Assembly (NCBI GenBank): GCA_943350175.1
Contig: CALQZX010000005.1
Coordinates: 150 to 64,149, forward strand
DNA: 64,000 bases
Reading direction: 5' to 3'
Source of the DNA: Parcubacteria group bacterium
GTDB taxonomy: Bacteria; Patescibacteriota; Microgenomatia; UBA1400; PJMF01
In this document: in pieces, positions 8,814-16,890 of the stretch
Layout of the letters: the number at the start of each line of letters is the position of its first letter
How positions within the stretch are numbered: the first letter of the stretch is position 1
Translations under genes and position numbers: made by a program
Notes under the pieces: model-generated
What the model saw: the letters and a program-made list of their open reading frames with translations, nothing else
Database searches by the model: none
What the model was told of the DNA's origin: nothing

Positions 8814-9416
8814 ATGAATCCAAAGCTAGTACTTACACTCTGGTCGTTTCGCAAAGAACTTAAATTCGTCCTCCTCGCATTCCTCACCATCCTCATGCTT
8901 CCTGTCATTGCGGTCATTCTGCTGACTCAGGTGGGTATAAATATTATCTCCGACAAGTTGGTTGATCAAAATCCGACCAATCAAAGCATCCAGATCAAAG
9001 ACCCAACAACTGGAGAGGTAGTCAAAGAAATTAATCCGACAGTTGTCTGGCCCACCAAAGGGGTAATTACTCTGGAATTTGCACAATCGAGCATGTATCA
9101 GGTCTTCCATACTGGCATAGATATTGCCAGTAAGCTAGATGAACCAGTGAACCCCGCTATGGAAGGCACTGTTATTTATGCGGGAGAGATATTTTGGGGA
9201 TTTGGTAAGCATGTCATTATTGATCACGGAAATAATGTCGTGACTATCTATGCCCACCTAAACAAGATTTACGTCTTTAAAGGCCAAAAGGTGACCACCA
9301 GCGACGTAATTGGTGGCCAAGGTCAAACAGGTTGGGCTACTGGAGTTCACCTTCACTTTCAGGTGAATATATATGGGATACCAGTCAATCCGAGGGTGTT
9401 TTTGGATATTAGATAG
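8814..9416 (+). CDS. M23 family metallopeptidase with N-terminal TM anchor (putative T4SS-associated cell-wall hydrolase)
   Basis: HTGIDIA…GTVIYAG…HVIIDHGNNVVTIYAHL…GWATGVHLHFQV gives the M23 LytM-type HxxxD / HxH motifs. Confidence 0.8.
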   Translation: MNPKLVLTLWSFRKELKFVLLAFLTILMLPVIAVILLTQVGINIISDKLVDQNPTNQSIQIKDPTTGEVVKEINPTVVWPTKGVITLEFAQSSMYQVFHTGIDIASKLDEPVNPAMEGTVIYAGEIFWGFGKHVIIDHGNNVVTIYAHLNKIYVFKGQKVTTSDVIGGQGQTGWATGVHLHFQVNIYGIPVNPRVFLDIR

Positions 9417-9484
9417 ATTATAAGCTAAGTTATATAATTGGGATGTAAATGGTATTTTGTAAATAATGACTAAAAGAATAAACC

Positions 9485-11860
9485 ATGACCAAAAACAATA
9501 AAGGACTATTTAATAAAAAGGTTGAAAGTCTTTTGCGTAGATTACTTAGAAATGGCAACCGAAAATTTATTTCTATCAATAAGCTCATAGCGTTCAATTA
9601 TTACCTCATTGCGCTGAGAGCAAAAACATTTTTCAGATTTCGAGTTCTCCATTTTCTTAACGCCAAGAAAATGCTTATTGGTTCGTTGATTTATTTTTTG
9701 CTCCTGATAGGCTCTATACTTTTATTAGGGCAGTTTATTGATCCAGCATTTGCTAGGAGTGATGCCATCACCTTTTTTACAGCAGTAGCGGCCATGATCG
9801 GTGGTATCTTAGCAATTATCTTTTCACTTAGTATTCTCCTGATGGGAAATGCAGCAGAGCGTATTCCGGTAGGTTTTTATGAGACTGCTGCAAGAGATTG
9901 GTTGCACGATGTGATATTTTTTCTCATTAGCATTTGTTCTTTAGTGGTCTTCTCTTTTGCACTACTATTTAGCAAACTCAATCTAGGGCTTACGGTACTC
10001 TCTTTTCAGTCAGCTATATTTTTGATTGGCTTTGTTTTCTACCTAACCTTTGTCTTCTATCAAAGAGTTCGAGACAGGCTTGACCCAAATAATGTATTAA
10101 AAATTGCCTCTAAGCAAGCCTTCGCCAAGTTAGACTTCACTCATAAACGAGCTCAAGAAATCGCTGACGTTTTGATTAGACAGCCAAAGTTGGATAAAAA
10201 GGTCACTAAAGAGGAAGCATTGGCAACTTCTTTTCAATATTTGAAACCAGAGTTTGCTTACATCAATAGCAGACTCAACTATCTTTTTGACTATCATGGA
10301 AAATTGGTGGCCTCCAACGAGAGAAGCTCTGCTCTTGGTGTTCTGCAGGTAATAACCAATATTCTTCAAAAGTATTTTCAAACCAGAAAAGATTCCTCGT
10401 TCGTACTACCTGCCGGATTTATTTTAGCCACCACGAGCGATTCTTGTGCTTTCCTAACTCCTCCACTAGAAAGACTAGTGGCTGTTGGTGAAAATTACAT
10501 GAGAGAAAATGACAATGAAGGGATTACCCGAGTAATTTCTATCTTTGTGCAGTTATGTAAGTCAGCCAGTGAGATCAACTATCTGACCAAACATAAGGTA
10601 GAAAGCCCAATAATGGAGCAATGTAGAGGCTACCTAAACCAACTGCTTGAGAGTGCTATTAAATTTAACTATCAGGAGGCTCTATTCCAAGGCATATTAG
10701 CATATGAAGAAATAATTCCAATCGTAATAAAACAGAATCTCCACCATGAGTTTATATCGATTTATGACATGCTCGACAAGATTGCCATGAGTGCCCTAAC
10801 AAACAAATATAACGTAGTTTTAGGTCAGGTAATAAATACTTACACTTCGATTCTGTCTCAACTGATAGCGACAAAATACTTTAACTTGGAAATGGAACTA
10901 GGTTCTTTATGGGAACACTTGAGGAATATTATTTTTTACGCATATGTTTCTATGGTGACTGGCTCTCTTGATAACAGCTTTTCAGTTCAAACAAACTTAG
11001 CAAACCCATTCACAGCAATGTCCTCGATGATTTTCCAAACAGCAAGAGCAGCTACGAACGCTAAAACTGAAGAAGAAATCAACGACTGGAAGGAGGCATT
11101 CTTTACTACTACAGAGGAGTTAAGATCTACTCTCCGCTACCTTTCAGAAAAGATGAAGACAGCCAATCACATTTTGATCAGCACCTTTGGTGAGATTATT
11201 TCCGATGTAGGTTGTTTATTAGTCGACTTGACTAAAAACGGGAAATGGGCAGGTGATAAAGAAGAACTCACAAAACAAATTGGTTGGTATATCTTCCAGA
11301 CAGAATGGTTTACCCATGACCTTAAAAAGATCAAAGATAACAATTCGTTTGACTCTCTAATTGAAGCAGCATCAAAAATAGGTATAAGAGCCATGCAACA
11401 AGAGTTAGATCAAACTGCCAAGGATGCAATTAAAATTCTTTACAACTTTGCCATTAAGATGATGACTTTAGGTGAAGGTGATAGTTATGGTTTTACGGAA
11501 CCAAGAATAATGGAGAGAGCTTGCTACATTGGAGTGCTGGCTCTTAAATTGGGTAAAACAGAGATTATAGACGATTTGAAAGGTTATATAAAAACCTTTG
11601 AAGATGCATATCGAAAAAAATGGTATCCAGAAGGGCCACCAGAAAAAGGAAAGTTAATCTCGCCAAGTTATGATCAACTAATGATGGAAGTGCATGGTCT
11701 TGTAGAAAAGAAAAGAAGTCGTTACGGGCTTTTACCAATTATGGATCGAGCAGATGATGATCTACTACCACTCATCACAGAAGAAGATGTAAACAAATTT
11801 ATTATGGAAGTCTGGGGTGTAACGATTGAAACTAAGACTAGTAGCAGTATGTTTTTTTAA
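9485..11860 (+). CDS. large membrane-anchored protein of unknown function (5-6 N-terminal TM helices + ~600-aa helical domain)
   Basis: Hydrophobic N-terminal third, long soluble C-terminal part, no recognisable catalytic motif. Confidence 0.4.
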   Translation: MTKNNKGLFNKKVESLLRRLLRNGNRKFISINKLIAFNYYLIALRAKTFFRFRVLHFLNAKKMLIGSLIYFLLLIGSILLLGQFIDPAFARSDAITFFTAVAAMIGGILAIIFSLSILLMGNAAERIPVGFYETAARDWLHDVIFFLISICSLVVFSFALLFSKLNLGLTVLSFQSAIFLIGFVFYLTFVFYQRVRDRLDPNNVLKIASKQAFAKLDFTHKRAQEIADVLIRQPKLDKKVTKEEALATSFQYLKPEFAYINSRLNYLFDYHGKLVASNERSSALGVLQVITNILQKYFQTRKDSSFVLPAGFILATTSDSCAFLTPPLERLVAVGENYMRENDNEGITRVISIFVQLCKSASEINYLTKHKVESPIMEQCRGYLNQLLESAIKFNYQEALFQGILAYEEIIPIVIKQNLHHEFISIYDMLDKIAMSALTNKYNVVLGQVINTYTSILSQLIATKYFNLEMELGSLWEHLRNIIFYAYVSMVTGSLDNSFSVQTNLANPFTAMSSMIFQTARAATNAKTEEEINDWKEAFFTTTEELRSTLRYLSEKMKTANHILISTFGEIISDVGCLLVDLTKNGKWAGDKEELTKQIGWYIFQTEWFTHDLKKIKDNNSFDSLIEAASKIGIRAMQQELDQTAKDAIKILYNFAIKMMTLGEGDSYGFTEPRIMERACYIGVLALKLGKTEIIDDLKGYIKTFEDAYRKKWYPEGPPEKGKLISPSYDQLMMEVHGLVEKKRSRYGLLPIMDRADDDLLPLITEEDVNKFIMEVWGVTIETKTSSSMFF

Positions 11861-11868
11861 CATGCATA

Positions 11869-12090
11869 ATGAACTATAATAACTTTATGTCGCCAGAAAA
11901 GATTGGTAAAAAACTAAAAGAAGCACGTATAAGGCTTGGACTTACGCAATCTGATGTGGCTGAAAAAGCTGGCATTAGCGCGAATTATTACGCCAGAGTT
12001 GAACGAGACGAGGAAAACACTACGGTTGAAACCTTGAAAGGAATCTGTAAGGTTCTGAAGATCAAATCCTCGAAAGTACTTTCTTTTTAA
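11869..12090 (+). CDS. XRE-family (Cro/C1) HTH transcriptional regulator
   Basis: IGKKLKEARIRLGLTQSDVAEKAGISANYYARVERDEE is a canonical HTH_3 motif. Confidence 0.7.
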   Translation: MNYNNFMSPEKIGKKLKEARIRLGLTQSDVAEKAGISANYYARVERDEENTTVETLKGICKVLKIKSSKVLSF

Positions 12091-12320
12091 TCTTTCTTGA
12101 GCTTGATTGGATCAATTTTTCCGGACTGTTCGTCTTCTACAAGTTTGTGTGCTAGTTCATGAGCCATATCTGCATTTTCCTCTAGAAACTTGATTGCATC
12201 CTCCCGAGTAGCGTTCTTATCTTTGTTCGTGCGAAGATATCCGAGAATCCCGTCAATATCTTTCTCGGTAATTTGGTAGCCTGAGTTTTGCGTCATATGG
12301 TCGAAGTATAACACTTTCAT
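12087..12320 (-). CDS. small hypothetical protein (last gene of PLD-nuclease operon)
   Basis: 77-aa ORF overlapping the stop of the nuclease gene by 4 nt. Its own 3' end overlaps the convergent XRE gene by 4 nt. Confidence 0.4.
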   Translation of the reverse strand: MKVLYFDHMTQNSGYQITEKDIDGILGYLRTNKDKNATREDAIKFLEENADMAHELAHKLVEDEQSGKIDPIKLKKD

Positions 12321-12763
12321 ATGTATCTCCCAAAATTCAAATAATTAAACATATCTACGGCGAAGCCGCCGCCCTCCATGCGGCGCATGATTTCTCTACT
12401 ATGAATCTGCGATAAAATGTTCAAACTGCCTTCCCAAAGAATGCTTCTATCAATAATTGCTAGTTTCCGGTGATGATTGCCTGTGCAGAGCAAAACCTGT
12501 ATTCCTAAGGCTTCACAAGCCTCGATTTCACTCTCCGACTGGACTTCGTAGCCATCACTGTGGTCTTGGGGATCACGGGTGATAATATAGATTTTAACTC
12601 CCTTGGAGTAGGCATGCTTTAAGCTCGGCCAGAGCATTTTCATTCGACTGGAGGTGATAAACGGACTTTCGATGATTATTTCCTCGGCAGCTTGGTCAAG
12701 ATCCCTCAAGAAGGCTTTGTAGAACGTCTTTTCATCATAGAGAGTGGAGTTGTAGTTATTCAT
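12317..12763 (-). CDS. phospholipase-D-family (HKD) nuclease, Nuc-like
   Basis: A single HKD motif, HHRKLAIIDRSILWEGSLNI (HxKx4D…GSxN). At 148 aa it is the size of the Nuc/BfiI-type minimal PLD nuclease domain. No signal peptide. Confidence 0.65.
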   Translation of the reverse strand: MNNYNSTLYDEKTFYKAFLRDLDQAAEEIIIESPFITSSRMKMLWPSLKHAYSKGVKIYIITRDPQDHSDGYEVQSESEIEACEALGIQVLLCTGNHHRKLAIIDRSILWEGSLNILSQIHSREIMRRMEGGGFAVDMFNYLNFGRYI

Positions 12764-12956
12764 GGCTCACCTCCATGTTATCAATATAGACAATTTTCCC
12801 GTTTACCTCTTGGATACCAAGTTCTTGAAGTTTATAATACGTCTTGATCACACTGTCAAAAAGCAGTTCCACCTGTAAGACAGTGGGCTCACATATAAAA
12901 ACAGACGCATTTATGCGTCTTTTTTTATATGTGAGAGCCGGTATTGATGAGAGCAC
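12756..12956 (-). CDS. doubtful small ORF overlapping hairpin repeat
   Basis: 66-aa ORF whose 5' part is embedded in the terminator-like palindrome at 12886-12950. It may be spurious. Confidence 0.2.
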   Translation of the reverse strand: MLSSIPALTYKKRRINASVFICEPTVLQVELLFDSVIKTYYKLQELGIQEVNGKIVYIDNMEVSHE

Positions 12957-12960
12957 ATGG
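12886..12960. repeat. bidirectional terminator-like repeat unit, copy A (A-run / hairpin / T-run, plus a conserved 3' extension)
   Basis: ggctcacatataaaaac-AGACGCAtttaTGCGTCT-ttttttatatgtgagagcc, followed by ggtattgatgagagcacatgg. Confidence 0.55.
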
Positions 12961-13053
12961 TTCGCGTTATTGAGCTAAATAATGCACATGAGCATAGCGA
13001 GGCGCATTATGCTCAATAATCTGAGGCGGCGTAGCACGCTCAGCGTCTCCACC

Positions 13054-13131
13054 GGACTCACTTTATAAAAAAATCACGCTGCAAGCGTGTTTTTTTATAA
13101 ATGAGGCTGGTTTTGATGAGAACACATGTGG
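13054..13131. repeat. bidirectional terminator-like repeat unit, copy B
   Basis: ggactcactttataaaaaaat-CACGCTtgcAAGCGTG-tttttttataaatgaggctgg, followed by ttttgatgagaacacatgtgg. Same architecture as copy A, with a different but self-complementary stem (compensatory changes). Confidence 0.55.
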
Positions 13132-13778
13132 CAGGTTGTAGTAGAATTCAATTATTAACCTTCCAAACGTCGCATATACAGGCGACGTTTGGCGACTTAT
13201 TCCGCATAGGCTTTATGGCTATCATCTTAATACATCTACTCAATTATTCGGGACTTGTGAGTATAGTTCTCAGCTTGGCGTTGTTTTCGTGGAGTTGGGT
13301 TGTTAGCGGGCTTAGCCTAAAATCCAACGTTTTGTGTGATTGTGGCAGTAATAAGTGTTCCAAGATATTCAACCCAGCTCTATCAATATTCGGCACTTTG
13401 CAAGTTATCTTCACTTGGGTTATTATCAACAAGTTTCTCCTAGCTCCATTTCATTGGATTATTCTTCCGCCATTAATGGCGGGCTTAATGGTTTTGGGAT
13501 TATCTGTATTTGATAATGCCAAGCATAAGCCTCTTCATGAAGCACTAGGCTATTCGACTTTTATTATCCTATCTGTTTGGGCGATCATTTTCTCGCTTAT
13601 GCTTGGTACCGCCAATAATTTTATTGGTTTCGTTTCCGGAATTATTGCCACATTTTTAGCTCTTGGAACGCTTATTGCCTATCGTAAGTACAGGCTCTGC
13701 GCTATTCCAGAGTTAGTATTCATCCTAGGGGTGTTCATTTGGAATATTTTCTTTACTTACTCGATATTCTTTCTCTAA
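13101..13778 (+). CDS. hypothetical polytopic membrane protein
   Basis: At least five TM helices. The first 38 codons lie inside repeat copy B, so the true start is more likely the ATG at 13215 (MAIILIHLL…). Confidence 0.4.
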   Translation: MRLVLMRTHVAGCSRIQLLTFQTSHIQATFGDLFRIGFMAIILIHLLNYSGLVSIVLSLALFSWSWVVSGLSLKSNVLCDCGSNKCSKIFNPALSIFGTLQVIFTWVIINKFLLAPFHWIILPPLMAGLMVLGLSVFDNAKHKPLHEALGYSTFIILSVWAIIFSLMLGTANNFIGFVSGIIATFLALGTLIAYRKYRLCAIPELVFILGVFIWNIFFTYSIFFL

Positions 13779-13868
13779 TCCAGCCTATGCGAAATACGTC
13801 GCCTAACTAGCGTGTATGTGGTTTGGGCTCAGCTCGTCCTCACTTTATATTGTATAATTTCCTAGAAT

Positions 13869-14492
13869 ATGTCTCCAATCAATCCTATTCATTTTATCTA
13901 CTTTGATGTTGGCGGAGTTCTTCTTGAATTTGAACGCTCTCGCACTGAAATTCCTCAAATATTTGGTATTGATAAAGTAAGCTATAGTCAAATTATGGCC
14001 AACGTCGCTCATCAGCGCAACATTGGTAAATTAAATGGTCAAGAATTGGAAGTTATTTTTAATAAAGAATTTGGCAAAGTATTTCCTAAAGGATACTGGG
14101 TTACTGGCCAATCCGCAGAGTTCTTTTCTCCTATCAAAGAAATGCATGATTTTATTGTAAAACTAGCTACACATTATCGCTTAGGTTTATTAACCAATGT
14201 TAATCGTGAAATTCATGAGAGAATACAAAAAGATTTTATCACTGTACTTTACCCACCAGTAGATTTTGAAATAAAAATCACTTCTTTTGAAGAAGGTGTG
14301 GCTAAACCAGACTTAGAAATTTATCGTCGTGCTATTGCTCGCACCAACCTTCACGCAGCAGAAATTTTATTTATTGACGATAAATTAGAAAATATTACCG
14401 CAGCCAAACAGGCAGGTATGCAAGCAATGCTGTTTGAAACTAAAAATCCACAAAAAATGATAGAAAATTTGAGCAAACTGCTTTTGTCGTAG
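13869..14492 (+). CDS. HAD-superfamily hydrolase (subfamily IA-like)
   Basis: Motif I YFDVGGVL, motif II GLLTN, motif III AKPD, motif IV FIDD. Confidence 0.75.
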   Translation: MSPINPIHFIYFDVGGVLLEFERSRTEIPQIFGIDKVSYSQIMANVAHQRNIGKLNGQELEVIFNKEFGKVFPKGYWVTGQSAEFFSPIKEMHDFIVKLATHYRLGLLTNVNREIHERIQKDFITVLYPPVDFEIKITSFEEGVAKPDLEIYRRAIARTNLHAAEILFIDDKLENITAAKQAGMQAMLFETKNPQKMIENLSKLLLS

Positions 14493-14494
14493 GT

Positions 14495-16294
14495 TTGCAC
14501 TTCCCTCTTTTTTCCTTTATAATTTTTGTCATGCCCACCGACACACGTTTACTTTATGTTCTAGCCGACTTGGCTTATATAGCCAAATTAATTCCTGGCA
14601 AAAAAGCCCACGATTTCATTTTGTCCGACTTTCGCCAGATCAATGGTGAATTTTTGGACGAAAATATTTTACTTGAAGCAAATTTAACTAAACTTTTTTC
14701 TAAATTAGAAGCCGGAAGTTATAAATTGATTCTTCCAGACTTTCTATTTACCAGCACCATCATCAATGTTGAATTTGATAATGAAGAAGCAGTCAAAGAG
14801 CATCTAAAAAATAAATTGTTGCCAGAACTTGGTATTAATAGTGAAGATTATTATCTTGATACAACGGTTCTTAGTAACTATAAAGGATCGTTCAAAGTTC
14901 AGCTGACTGCTTTGGAGAAATCAGTGGTCGCTCCGCTTGCCAAAATTCTCAAGGAAAACAAAGAAGTCAAAATTGACGCCATTTCCCCACTTAGTTGGAC
15001 CACTAAATCAATAATTAGCCTAGAGCCTTCCGTGGCGATCTTACAAATGGGCAATCATTTGTTTTTGGCAGAGCATTACATCGGTGTTGACCAATGCTAT
15101 GCTGTCGAAGTTGCAGAAGCTGCTAATTTTACCGACACAGTTCAGACTCTCAAAGGTGCTGAGCCAAGTTTGCAAACTGTCTATTTATTAACCAATAGTT
15201 TGGTTGATGACGCCATCAAAGAAAAACTTAAAGAAACTTTACCAGTTCAGCAATTGGCAGATCTGGCTAGTGAAGGTGGCAACATGCCTTCCTACGTCAA
15301 GCAAATCATTGAATCTGGAGCAAAAACCTTTTCTATTCCAGAATTTTTATTGCCACAGTTTGTTTTAGATAAGAACTACGAAGCCAAAGCAGCTGCGTCG
15401 AATAAAAAAGAAGACGAAGATTTAAGCAATCTAGTTAAACCAGCAGTGATCGGTGAAATTGTCTCGCCTACCCCAATCAATGTCAAAATTGAAGAAAAGG
15501 TTGAGGTGGCCGTAGAAAGTTTAGACGAAGAGGTGGAAGATAAGCCTGAACTTGTCGAAGAAAAAGTCGAAGAAAAAATAGTTGAAAAAGAACCAGAAAA
15601 AGTTGAGGAGCTTAAAATGCCAGAAAAACCAATAGAAGTAAAAGAAAAAGAAGTAGATTTTAGTCAATTTGCCAATTTAGCCATCGATTCATCAGTATTT
15701 AACAAAAACAAACAGTCTGCAGCTGGACAAACACAGCCAGCTAAAGACGGAAAGGGAGAGATGCCTTTAACAGATCTTCCAGAGAAAAAAATAATCAAAA
15801 ACCAAAATGATGGCTCTTCAGTGGCCAAGATGATTTTTATTGGCTTCTTGAGTTTTGTAGTCACCATTGCTCTTGGAATTGGAATTGGTTTGGCCTATTT
15901 AAAGTGGACAAATAGCAGCGACAATAGCAAGCCAGTGGTTGAAATTAACCCTACCGTTACTCCAACAATCGTAGCTACTGCCACTCCAGCTCCATTACCA
16001 ACAATCAAGAAAGCTGATTATAAGATTATAGTCGTAAATGCCACCACTAAAGCTGGTTATGCTTCTACCATTGTTGCCAAAGTTAAGGCAGCAGACTTTA
16101 AAGATGTATCTGCCAAGAATGCTAAAGGCATTTATGACAAAGGCGATTATCTTTTAGTCAAAGAAGATACTGCTGTGAATCAATCTTTATTAAAAGAACT
16201 AGAAAAAGCAACTTCTCTAACTTTGACTCTCAAAACTGGGATTGAGAAGGAAGACGCTAGTAGTGCTAGCGCCGTCATCGTACTCGGACAGTAG
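14495..16294 (+). CDS. membrane-anchored protein with E/K-rich low-complexity linker and C-terminal LytR_C-like domain
   Basis: The C-terminus (KIIVVNATTKAGYASTIVAKVKAA…AVIVLGQ) matches the LytR/CpsA/Psr C-terminal domain. There is an internal TM helix (MIFIGFLSFVVTIALGIGIGLAYL) and a long EEKVE/KEPEK repeat region. Confidence 0.45.
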   Translation: MHFPLFSFIIFVMPTDTRLLYVLADLAYIAKLIPGKKAHDFILSDFRQINGEFLDENILLEANLTKLFSKLEAGSYKLILPDFLFTSTIINVEFDNEEAVKEHLKNKLLPELGINSEDYYLDTTVLSNYKGSFKVQLTALEKSVVAPLAKILKENKEVKIDAISPLSWTTKSIISLEPSVAILQMGNHLFLAEHYIGVDQCYAVEVAEAANFTDTVQTLKGAEPSLQTVYLLTNSLVDDAIKEKLKETLPVQQLADLASEGGNMPSYVKQIIESGAKTFSIPEFLLPQFVLDKNYEAKAAASNKKEDEDLSNLVKPAVIGEIVSPTPINVKIEEKVEVAVESLDEEVEDKPELVEEKVEEKIVEKEPEKVEELKMPEKPIEVKEKEVDFSQFANLAIDSSVFNKNKQSAAGQTQPAKDGKGEMPLTDLPEKKIIKNQNDGSSVAKMIFIGFLSFVVTIALGIGIGLAYLKWTNSSDNSKPVVEINPTVTPTIVATATPAPLPTIKKADYKIIVVNATTKAGYASTIVAKVKAADFKDVSAKNAKGIYDKGDYLLVKEDTAVNQSLLKELEKATSLTLTLKTGIEKEDASSASAVIVLGQ

Positions 16295-16336
16295 CTATTG
16301 CCAAAGACAGAAATTTATTTATACTAAGCAACTATT

Positions 16337-16807
16337 ATGGTAGACACAATTTCTATTACTCAGGAAGGCTTCGAAGAGCTTCAAGCAGAACTTCTCGAAC
16401 TCAAAGATGTAAAAATGCCTAAAGTGATCGAGCGTATTTCTAACGCTAGAGAACAAGGTGATCTATCTGAAAACGCTGACTATCATAGCGCCAGAGACGA
16501 GCGAGACATGTTGCAGGCTCGTATCAATGCTATCGAAGAAATTTTACTCAAAACCACCGTCACAGCTTCTGTCAAAACCGTTGCTGGAATTATTGCTCTT
16601 GGTTCAACTGTAACTTTGGAAATAGTTGGCAAGAGTAAAAAACTCACTTACGTAATGAGTGGTGAATATGAATCTAATCCTGCAGAGGGCAAGATCTCTA
16701 TTGAATCACCAGTTGGTAAGGCTTTGCTCAAGAAGAGCAAGGGCGATAAGGTGGAAGTGCAAACCCCGGCGGGACAAGTCACTTACAAAATTTTAGAAAT
16801 TAAATAA
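16337..16807 (+). CDS. greA: transcription elongation factor GreA
   Basis: N-terminal coiled-coil TQEGFEELQAELLEL…, plus the C-terminal FKBP-like domain. Confidence 0.9.
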   Translation: MVDTISITQEGFEELQAELLELKDVKMPKVIERISNAREQGDLSENADYHSARDERDMLQARINAIEEILLKTTVTASVKTVAGIIALGSTVTLEIVGKSKKLTYVMSGEYESNPAEGKISIESPVGKALLKKSKGDKVEVQTPAGQVTYKILEIK

Positions 16808-16831
16808 AAATTAAGAAAATAAGAATTTAAA

Positions 16832-16856
16832 AGCCCCGCTAGAAACGGGGCTTTTT
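16832..16856 (+). terminator. rho-independent terminator of greA (agccccg-ctagaaa-cggggct + TTTT)
   Basis: Perfect 7-bp GC stem followed by a T-run, 25 nt after the greA stop. Confidence 0.7.
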
Positions 16857-16890
16857 CGAATCAATTCATCGAGTATAATAAAGGAAAGAT

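Noticed and set aside
4270-12956. The whole 4270-12956 region as an integrative conjugative element
   Set aside because: No integrase, relaxase, coupling protein or flanking tRNA or direct repeats were found within the window. It is kept as a T4SS-like cluster only.
15420-15660. Apparent tandem repetition (possible CRISPR or VNTR)
   Set aside because: The repeats are imperfect Glu/Lys codon repeats inside one continuous ORF, i.e. a low-complexity coding linker. There is no spacer-repeat periodicity. No CRISPR array anywhere in the window.
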